A stretch of DNA of 34,851 bases from an uncultured archaeon. GTDB taxonomy: Archaea; Aenigmatarchaeota; Aenigmatarchaeia; GW2011-AR5. A program made the translations under genes and the position numbers. The notes under the pieces were generated by a model. It was not told where the DNA came from, made no database searches, and was given only the letters and a program-made list of their open reading frames with translations. Every line of letters begins with the position of its first letter. Position 1 is the stretch's first letter. This document shows, in pieces, positions 1 to 7,900 of the stretch. The DNA lies in NCBI GenBank assembly GCA_964373695.1, contig CAYJVT010000009.1:1-34851 (forward strand). The letters run 5' to 3'.

Positions 1-55
1 ACTACCAGAAGAAAGCTGCCTAATTTTTTCTCTTTTTCTTTATTTTCATTTTTCT

Positions 56-160
56 GTCAATGACCACCGTCTGAAGACGGTGGCTTGTTAAAATACAACA
101 AGTTCATTGAGCATCTCAGATTCCACTTTTAACCACTGCTTTAAAGCAGTGGAATCTGCA
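56..160 (+). mobile_element. Miniature non-autonomous IS200/IS605-family remnant (PATE-like) with an IscB omegaRNA/HEARO-like 5' end
   Basis: GTCAATGA-CCACCGTC-TGAA-GACGGTGG-CTTGTT..AACAAG-TTCATTGA. Hairpin 64-83, hairpin 84-102 and closing stem 57-63/104-110 resemble the GTCAA-hairpin-GCTTG..CAAG..TTGA ends of IS200/IS605/IscB elements as I recall them. A second perfect 20-bp palindrome CCACTGCTTTAAAGCAGTGG lies at 133-152. No transposase or nuclease ORF lies between them. Confidence 0.6.
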
Positions 161-235
161 GATTTAAATTCGTTATCTTTAAGTAGTGAAAATCTTTATA
201 TACCCATGGAACCATATATATAGCAGGTGAAATGG

Positions 236-853
236 ATGCCACAGACAAAATCGATGTCGGTATTTCCTCCTAGAGAAGCAGGATTTGGTGACAATTCTGT
301 ATACCCTACAAAAACAATTATGGACGGCGGACTTAACGTTATACATGTAGGAAGGCCGTTCTCATGGGTTTATGATAAATTTGACGACCTTGTTGACCAG
401 TGGAAAAAGCTCAATACGTGGGGGATTCCTAAGAATGGGAAGAAAGGCGACAAACCATCGCCGCCTCCAAGACCGCCCGGGCTCATGCTTCCAAGAGACT
501 ACAGAGGCAGTATCGGAACAGATATGGAAGCTTTCTACGATTCAATTGGAAGACCTCATGGTATTCATGTCTCTGAAGTTCCTTACCCGTCTATGGGCGG
601 AGATTTCGTCGGAATGTATCTTGGAGACAGGATACTAGTTGCGGACGGCAATGGTGAAAGAACGCTCTCACCTAATGAGAAAAGGGCCGTGGCATACCAT
701 GAACTGGGTCATCATTATGCCGGTGCGGATGAGAGAGATGCCCATGAAAGAGGGGCGGACCTTGCATTAAGATACGGCGATACCGCGGCTTATGAAGAGC
801 TGATGAGAATGATAGAAGCCAGCCCGCGTTATCTAGGCTATTCCATGAACTGA
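236..853 (+). CDS. HExxH zinc metallopeptidase-like protein (ImmA/IrrE-like)
   Basis: AVAYHELGHH motif followed by ADERDAH (candidate third-ligand Glu). GGTGA SD at 226-230 lies 5 nt before the ATG at 236; the track start at 227 sits inside the SD. Confidence 0.7.
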   Translation: MPQTKSMSVFPPREAGFGDNSVYPTKTIMDGGLNVIHVGRPFSWVYDKFDDLVDQWKKLNTWGIPKNGKKGDKPSPPPRPPGLMLPRDYRGSIGTDMEAFYDSIGRPHGIHVSEVPYPSMGGDFVGMYLGDRILVADGNGERTLSPNEKRAVAYHELGHHYAGADERDAHERGADLALRYGDTAAYEELMRMIEASPRYLGYSMN

Positions 854-893
854 TTTCACTATCTTTTTATTCCACTAATTACATTAAGTTTCT

Positions 894-1508
894 ATGGCCC
901 TTGAAGACATAGGACAGCTTCTGTTCGTCGACATACTAAAGATGAGCCAGTATCCGGGCTCGCCTTTCACCGGCAACATCTTCAATGACCTGGTCATGTT
1001 CTTCTTCATACCCACTGTTTTTATTATTCTGGTCGTCTACATGATGGTCGCGAGGGTGCTGCCGGCACAATATATCGGGCTCAGGTTCCTCCTTGGTATA
1101 GCGGCTTACATGTTCATCATAGTAGGCGGCTACTACAGCCTTTTCGCATACCTGGCAGGACCTTACTTCCTGTTCCTCATACTTTTCATGGGGCTGCTGT
1201 TCTATTTCACGAGGCATTTCCAGAAGACAGGGCCAGGACTGGCAGGCAGCACGACAAAGGGAGGTGTGAATGAAACCGGGGCTGACAGCCGCGTCACCGA
1301 GCTTATAAATGCCGAAATAGAAGCGGAGGAATTGGATAAACAGATAAAAGAGGCGAAGCACTTGGCAAATCCCCAGAACGTCCCGCAGATGCAGACAAGG
1401 CTTTCTGAATTGAGGTCGACAATAAGGCGCCTGAAGCCCAATGTCACGCGAAATCCCATAGAGAACCTTCAATACCAGAATCTCAGGCACAAACACCACC
1501 TGAGGTGA
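894..1508 (+). CDS. Multi-pass membrane protein with C-terminal coiled coil, unknown function
   Basis: About 3-4 hydrophobic segments in the N-terminal half, charged helical tail. First gene of a co-oriented membrane-protein cluster. Confidence 0.85.
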   Translation: MALEDIGQLLFVDILKMSQYPGSPFTGNIFNDLVMFFFIPTVFIILVVYMMVARVLPAQYIGLRFLLGIAAYMFIIVGGYYSLFAYLAGPYFLFLILFMGLLFYFTRHFQKTGPGLAGSTTKGGVNETGADSRVTELINAEIEAEELDKQIKEAKHLANPQNVPQMQTRLSELRSTIRRLKPNVTRNPIENLQYQNLRHKHHLR

Positions 1509-1512
1509 TACC

Positions 1513-1986
1513 ATGCTTTTCGACCCTGTCATTGCGCCCATCGTCCTCGCATTCATATTCGTGTTCGCGGTCGTGTACGGCCTGCTGGCCTCGTCGAAAG
1601 TGCTTGAATTCAAGAGGCCCGTCAACGCTGCAATAGCTATAGTGTTCGCCGGCTTCTCCGCGTCCTACGAGCCTTTCGTCGTCATGATACAGGACATAAT
1701 GCCCGTCGCCTCGATATTCCTGATTATAATATTCTTCATCATATTTGTGAAGAAGAACCTGTTCGGGGAGAAAAAAGACAAGGAGGGGAAGCAGGAAAAG
1801 AGCGACATGTTGCCGCTTGGAGTCTCGATGGCCCTGCTATTGATAGTTCTCGGCTCAATGGGCGATGTGCTGGTCCCGTACCTGCCTGCCGGCATAGAGC
1901 CGGCGAATGTCCTGTGGCTGGCCGGCATATTAATAATATTAATCCTGTTGTGGATAGGCTACAAGAAAGGCTTTTCACAAACATGA
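1513..1986 (+). CDS. Small 4-TM membrane protein, paralog of 2039-2554 and 2672-3136
   Basis: FIFVFAVVYGLLASSKVL..VNAAIAIVFA matches the paralog motif. GGTGA SD overlaps the upstream stop. Confidence 0.85.
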   Translation: MLFDPVIAPIVLAFIFVFAVVYGLLASSKVLEFKRPVNAAIAIVFAGFSASYEPFVVMIQDIMPVASIFLIIIFFIIFVKKNLFGEKKDKEGKQEKSDMLPLGVSMALLLIVLGSMGDVLVPYLPAGIEPANVLWLAGILIILILLWIGYKKGFSQT

Positions 1987-1990
1987 AAGG

Positions 1991-1998
1991 TTTATATA
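1991..1998 (+). promoter_or_regulatory. Candidate TATA box (TTTATATA) with upstream purine-rich BRE
   Basis: GAAAGG-TTTATATA about 40 nt upstream of the ATG at 2039. Confidence 0.5.
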
Positions 1999-2038
1999 GG
2001 ACAAACACAAATAATTGAACATAGAAGGAGGTTATGAA

Positions 2039-2554
2039 ATGGCAGCATTTCCAACACAGCTTTTCAATCTGGGCCCTGAATTCTACGGGTTTTTACTTCC
2101 ATGGATATTCAGCTTCGCAATAGTATACGGTCTGCTTATCAAGGCCGGCCTGTTCGGCGAAAAGGTCAACAAACAGGTTTCTGTTGCGCTCGCTTTCGTT
2201 ATAGCGTTCTTCGTTACAGGCGTCGGAGGCGCGCAGCTGGCTGCGTTCTTCACCAACCTGTTCGGAGGCGCATCGGTGTTCCTTGCTGGAATACTGGTCG
2301 TGGTGCTGTTTGCATCGATGCTGCGGCCAGGCGAGAAGAAGGAGAACTGGTTGCATAAATCTTTCGTGCCTCTCGCAGCCGTAATCATCATCGGCATTGC
2401 GCTGTTCCTCGGCTCAACAGGCACGCTTGACGGTAGCGTGTGGCTTGATTCACAGACCGCGGTGACGCTGTTCTGGGTAATCATAATCGTCATAGCCATC
2501 TACCTCGTGACGATGGAAAAGGCTGAGGCTGCACCGGCAGCAAAGAAGGAGTAG
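2039..2554 (+). CDS. Small multi-TM membrane protein (FLLPW..F..vYgLL family)
   Basis: GFLLPWIFSFAIVYGLL motif and about 5 hydrophobic segments. GGAGG SD before the ATG at 2039. Confidence 0.85.
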   Translation: MAAFPTQLFNLGPEFYGFLLPWIFSFAIVYGLLIKAGLFGEKVNKQVSVALAFVIAFFVTGVGGAQLAAFFTNLFGGASVFLAGILVVVLFASMLRPGEKKENWLHKSFVPLAAVIIIGIALFLGSTGTLDGSVWLDSQTAVTLFWVIIIVIAIYLVTMEKAEAAPAAKKE

Positions 2555-2598
2555 GGGCAGAATGAAAAAAATATTCCTATCAGCATGATAAATCCCCC

Positions 2599-2618
2599 GC
2601 TTCTTTTTTTTTCTTTCC
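2599..2618 (+). terminator. Oligo-T tract, candidate archaeal intrinsic terminator
   Basis: Long T-rich run about 45 nt downstream of the stop at 2554. Confidence 0.4.
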
Positions 2619-2671
2619 AGATTTCTAAAGCATTTAAGAAAGACAGGATATATGTTTATTCAGTGAAATAA

Positions 2672-3136
2672 ATGGGCCCGTTCGAAGTGATGATTCATAA
2701 CCTGAGCCAGCTCGGGGTGTTCGGGTTCCTCCTTCCGTGGATATTCATTTTCGTCGTCATGTACGCGCTGCTTCTAAAGTCGAAGGCGCTTGGCGAGGAC
2801 CACAAGATAATAGGCGTAATATCCATTGTCGTCGCCTTCTTCGTCGTGGCTTTCGGCGGGCCGGCAATGGCCAAGTTCTTCACGAACTTCTTCGGAACCA
2901 TGGCCCTTGTCCTGGCCGGCGTTCTCGGAATCATACTGGTTGTGGGACTCACCGGGGCCGACGTAAGCAAGACCCTGAACACGAAATCCATACTGGCAGT
3001 CCTGGCAGGAATAGTAGTTGTCGTATTCGTCATATCGCTGGGGGCCTACGGCGTCAACATAGGCAGCACCATAGTAAGCCTGGTATTCATACTCGCCCTT
3101 CTGGCGGTGGCCGTGATGTTCATAACGAAGAACTGA
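2672..3136 (+). CDS. Small multi-TM membrane protein (FLLPW..F..vYaLL family)
   Basis: GFLLPWIFIFVVMYALL, clearly paralogous to 2039-2554. Confidence 0.85.
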   Translation: MGPFEVMIHNLSQLGVFGFLLPWIFIFVVMYALLLKSKALGEDHKIIGVISIVVAFFVVAFGGPAMAKFFTNFFGTMALVLAGVLGIILVVGLTGADVSKTLNTKSILAVLAGIVVVVFVISLGAYGVNIGSTIVSLVFILALLAVAVMFITKN

Positions 3137-3141
3137 TTCGC

Positions 3142-3336
3142 ATGGAAGAAAGGAAAGACGACTGGAGGAAAAAGGGCGCGGCGATGATAATAATAGGCAT
3201 CATCTCTTTATTGAGCGCGTTCTTCATCTTCGCTTTCTACGAGATGCCTGAGGGCGGCTTCGCGAAGAGCCTCTTCTTCCTCATAGCAGGGCTTTTCCTC
3301 ATAGTTGCCGGCAAAAGGTCGTATCATTTCGGCTGA
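3142..3336 (+). CDS. 64-aa two-TM membrane protein
   Basis: MEERKDDWRKKGAAMIIIGIISLL...LFFLIAGLFLIVAG. ATG lies 5 nt after the upstream stop; this is the 3' part of the track's 2737-3336 ORF. Confidence 0.7.
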   Translation: MEERKDDWRKKGAAMIIIGIISLLSAFFIFAFYEMPEGGFAKSLFFLIAGLFLIVAGKRSYHFG

Positions 3337-3337
3337 T

Positions 3338-3772
3338 TTACCATCCGAATTCGCTGTAGAATATACCTTTCCTTACGTTTTCTATGGCATGCCTAACATA
3401 GGGTATTGTGTTTTCGGGAAGCTCGTCTATGTTGAACCATGACATGCCGTCGCATTTGTGAGGCTCTATATTTTTCAGCTCCCCTTCCCAGCTAGAAGCC
3501 GTGAAAAAGAAGTCTATCCTCCCGTCATCCGATTTCCTGTTCATTACACGAATCGCATTCAAGCTTGCTGGATTTATTTTAATGCCGGCTTCCTCTTCCG
3601 CCTCCCTTACCATCGCCTGCGTGGCGGACTCGCTGCCGTCTAGATGGCCGGCAATCACGGAATATTTACCGTCCTCGTAGCCTGTATTGAACCGCCTTAT
3701 AAGAAGTATTTTCCCGTCCTTTATCAGAAATAAATGAGAAGTTGAAACCAGCTTGAACCTTTCTTTTGGCAT
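3338..3772 (-). CDS. NUDIX hydrolase
   Basis: Nudix box G-x5-E-x7-REAEEEAG (GHLDGSESATQAMVREAEEEAGI). Start taken at MPKERF (ATG 3772). Confidence 0.92.
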   Translation of the reverse strand: MPKERFKLVSTSHLFLIKDGKILLIRRFNTGYEDGKYSVIAGHLDGSESATQAMVREAEEEAGIKINPASLNAIRVMNRKSDDGRIDFFFTASSWEGELKNIEPHKCDGMSWFNIDELPENTIPYVRHAIENVRKGIFYSEFGW

Positions 3773-3797
3773 ATAAAATTTAGACCGGCAATCTTTA

Positions 3798-4445
3798 TTA
3801 CTGATATGGCCCCTCGACAGGCACATGCTTCTGCTTCATCTCGTGTATCATTTTCGAGAGGGATTCTATGTTGCGCGTCAGGGACGGGAGGAACTGCTTG
3901 AAAGCGCGCTCAAGCCCTCCGACGCGGGCCTGCAAATCCTCGAGCTGCTCCGTCATCTCCTGGCTGTTAGACTCAGAGACGGGCTCATTCTTCAGCTCGC
4001 CGAGCCTCTGCTCCATCCCTTTTATGCTGCCTGAAAGGGCGTCAACAGTATCCTTCAGCTTCTTCATCTCGGTCTCGTACTTGCTTATCTTGTCCTCCAT
4101 GACGCTCTCGATAAGCTCTTCCATCATCAGCTCGGGGGACTGCTGCTGCTCGTTAGGCATTATGGCGTCGAATTCCGGCATTTCATCCGACTGAAAATCC
4201 TGCTGAGGAGTTGAAGGCGGCGCGGAGAATTCCTCGAACTTGGGCCTCTGCTGCGGCGACTGCGTGGCATCATCAACGCCGCTCTTGACAGCCTGAAGCA
4301 TCGCCTTCTCTATATCCTCGTAGGAATAGCCCTTCGATTTGAGCGTCTTTATTATCTCGTGGTCCGTCATCCCCTTTCCGCTCATTCTACTTATCTCGCC
4401 GACAGGGAGCTCCCTGTATTCCTCTTTTTTCTTCTTGCCGAACAT
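3798..4445 (-). CDS. Soluble protein with N-terminal small helical domain, low-complexity linker and C-terminal coiled coil
   Basis: 215-aa ORF with typical codon usage and heptad-rich C-terminal half. Divergent from the pilus ATPase. Confidence 0.85.
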   Translation of the reverse strand: MFGKKKKEEYRELPVGEISRMSGKGMTDHEIIKTLKSKGYSYEDIEKAMLQAVKSGVDDATQSPQQRPKFEEFSAPPSTPQQDFQSDEMPEFDAIMPNEQQQSPELMMEELIESVMEDKISKYETEMKKLKDTVDALSGSIKGMEQRLGELKNEPVSESNSQEMTEQLEDLQARVGGLERAFKQFLPSLTRNIESLSKMIHEMKQKHVPVEGPYQ

Positions 4446-4482
4446 AAACGCACCTGAATATAATTATAATTGGGGGTTTATT

Positions 4483-4498
4483 AACGTTTAATTCAGAC
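4483..4498 (+). repeat. 16-bp direct repeat, copy 1 (AACGTTTAATTCAGAC)
   Basis: Exact second copy at 4913-4928. Confidence 0.8.
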
Positions 4499-4861
4499 GA
4501 CAGGCTGCCTGACAGGGCGCTGCTCAGAGTACTGCTTCATCGGGTTGAGCAGGTCCAGCATCCTTTCCATCTCCTTTATGTCGCTTTTCCTAGCGAACTT
4601 GACTATCTGCCTGTTTATCTTCTCCATGTTGTTCCTCAGCCTCGAGAACTCGTCATAGAGGCCTTTCAGCGACGCCTCCATCTCAGAAATCTTTGCAGTG
4701 GACTTTTTCGACCTCTCCAGATTCGCGGACTCGAGCGAATTCATGCGGTTCTCGAGCATGTCGAGGCGCTGCTCCAGGCTCCTGATGCGCCGCGTGTCCT
4801 CGCTGTTCTTCCTTATGAGCTCGTGTATTATGATATTGTACTTCGACTCTTCCCTAACCAT
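4493..4861 (-). CDS. Coiled-coil protein, unknown function
   Basis: 122 aa, continuous heptad pattern (IRSLEQRLDMLENRMNSLE). Confidence 0.85.
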   Translation of the reverse strand: MVREESKYNIIIHELIRKNSEDTRRIRSLEQRLDMLENRMNSLESANLERSKKSTAKISEMEASLKGLYDEFSRLRNNMEKINRQIVKFARKSDIKEMERMLDLLNPMKQYSEQRPVRQPVV

Positions 4862-4912
4862 GGATATAATTTCTATTTTCCACTATTTATAATTTGAAAG
4901 AGCGGCCGGCAA

Positions 4913-4928
4913 AACGTTTAATTCAGAC
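4913..4928 (+). repeat. 16-bp direct repeat, copy 2 (AACGTTTAATTCAGAC)
   Basis: Exact copy of 4483-4498. Confidence 0.8.
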
Positions 4929-4945
4929 ATCTAAATAATACTTGT

Positions 4946-7900
4946 ATGGTCTTCGAATACGACTACGACGAGGAGGCGCAGAGGATAAGGATAAACTGCA
5001 TAGGCGCGATATCGGAGACCAGCGTGGAGGACTACGACCTCTGCATGGCCACGACCATAGAGAAGCTCATGGAAGTGAAGAGGGTCGTGAGGGTCGTCCT
5101 GGCCGGCTCAAGGGAATACGAATACGACTTCAACGAGGCCAAGCTGCTGCTCGAGATAGGGTACGCGATAGAGCGCATCATAAAGGAAAGGATAATATCC
5201 ATGAGGAACGTCGCCGCCAGGGAGGACGACATGTGGATACAGCAGCGTTACAGGTTTCTGCAGAATTTTCTCAACAGGCTAAAATACGACCCCATAGAGG
5301 CCTACAAGAGCCTCCTGAGAGAGATAAGGCACAGCAAGATAAAGAAGGAAAAAGAGCCTGATTACGCCTCGAAGATATCCTACCAGCATTATATAAACAA
5401 TTCACTGGAGCCGATAAGGCAGATACTGGAGGAGTGCGAGCTCATACAGATAGCGAAGCCGCAGCTCACAGAAAACAAGAACCGCTCCTTATACAGGAAA
5501 ATATTCCACCCGACGATAAGGCCCAACTTCATCTACACCAGGTACATATCGCTGCCGCCGCCTGACGCGGAGCTCCTGGAGAGGTACAGAATGGGGGATA
5601 CTGACGTGGAGATATACAAGATCAAGGGAAAGCTCAGGAATTTGTATCATGTGATACCCCCCGAATTCAGGCTGGACGAGAACGAATACACGCTCCTCGA
5701 CACAGCAAGGCGCTACCTTGGAAGGCACGAGCCTGTCGAAGGCGAACTTTCGAAACCGGAGAACGTGAGGGAGAACCTTTACAGGATAGGGCTTGACATG
5801 ATAAGGGACATCGCGAACAACAATAACATGCAGCTCAGCGAGAAGAAGCTGGGCAACCTGGCGAAGATACTGACCAGGTACACTGCAGGGCTCGGCATAC
5901 TAGACCTCATACTGCAGGACGACAAGATACAGGACATAGCGGTCAATTCGCCTGTGGGGACGTCGCCGGTCTACATATACCATGCCGACTACCACGAGTG
6001 CGAGACCAATATCGTGCCGAGCCAGGAGGACGCCGAATCGTGGGCCACGAGATTCAGGCTTAGCAGCGGCAGGCCTTTCGACGAGGCCAACCCAGTGCTG
6101 GACACCGAGCTCGAAGTTCCTGGGGGCCGCGCCAGGGTGGCTGCAATAACAAGGACGCTTTCGCCGGACGGGCTTGGATTCTCTTTCAGGCGTCACAGAG
6201 ACAAGCCGTGGACATTCCCCCTCTTCATAAAGAACCGGATGATAGACTCGTTTTCCGCGGGGCTCCTGTGGTTCCTGATAGACGGCTCAAGGACGATGCT
6301 GATAGCAGGGACCAGGTCAAGCGGCAAGACGTCATTCCTGTCGTCGTGCATCGTCCAGATAATGCCGAAAATCAGGATTGTAAGCCTGGAAGACAGCGTT
6401 ACCGGAGACTGCCAGATTATCTACGAAAGGGACGGGAAGATGGAAAAGGGAACCGTTGGCAAACTTATTGATGATGTTATAAAAAAATATGGATGCGAGT
6501 GTGATTTCGGCCGCGATGTCCTAAGAACCAATCCCGAAAAGATAAGGGTTTTTTCAATGCGAAAAGACGGCAAATTTGGACTTTCTGAAGTGAGCGCTTT
6601 CATAAGGCATATGAGCACCAAGGACATATTCGAGGTAACAACACGCATGGGGAAGAAAATAAAGGTCACAGGAGACCACTCGCTTTTTACCTTGGGAAAG
6701 AACGGCGAAATAATGCCGGTAAAGGCTGGAGAACTAAAAATAGACGACTATCTTGTAACGCCCAGAAAACTTCCTTTTGCCGGAGGAAAGAAAGAACATA
6801 TCGATATTTTCGATTATTTGGAGAAAATAAATAACGGGTACTTCACCGGCCGCGGCGTCGAAAAATGCCTCAGAGACAACTGGAATGAGATAAAGAAAAA
6901 CGTCGCCAGATCAAAGAGATTGTGGTGGAAAAGAAAAAACATCATCACCGTAAATTTCGCGAAAAATTTGATTAAAAATGGCTATAATTTTGACAATGAT
7001 ATTTTCTACAAATCGTCCTCCCATGCAAAGCCATTGCCAAGAATCATTCCGCTTACGGATGAAATGATGCAGTTTTTCGGGCTTTGGCTGGCAGACGGAT
7101 GCTACGACAGTCATTCCGTAATAATATCAGTGGTAGACGAATATTCCAGGGCATGTGTCAAAAATATTGCAAGTCAAATTGGAATGAATACTAAGATGCA
7201 TAGCGACGGAATTTCCATTATGATAAACTCAATAACACTGAAAAACCTGATGAAAATAGTGGGCTTCGAAGGAGATGCTTATACAAAAAAAGTTCCATCG
7301 TGGATATATCATCTAGAAAAAGGGAAAAAAGCCTCTTTGCTTCGCGGACTTTTCAGCGGTGACGGATATCTAGGAAAATATGAAGCCTCTATAAGCCTTG
7401 TATCACCAGAACTTATAAAAGACATCCAGACACTTCTTTTGTCACTGGGTATAATGTCCAGAATAAACAAAATGAATGAAAAGGACAAGACTTATTCGTG
7501 CAGGATAGGTACGGTTCATGCCCTAAAGGCATTCAGGGATATCGGGTTCCTTCAGAATGACAGGACAAAGAAGCTCGAAGAAATGTGCAGCAAGATACCA
7601 AGCCACGACAACAGCGATATCATACCGTTCACAGCAGAATACAAGCGAACTATAGGAAAGAGCTGTAAAAATTTCAATTCATGGGATTACATATCCAGAG
7701 GAAACAACATAGGAAGGCAAAAGCTATTGGGCATGGTAAGTGAAATTGAATCCCAAGACATTTCTTCAAGACTTCTCATGCTTGCAGAATCAGACATTTT
7801 CTGGGACCAGATAAGAGAGATAAAAAGGCTGGAAAATCAGGAATGCTATGTTTATGATTTTTCCGTTCCTGAATGTGAAAACTTTGTCTGCGAAAACATC

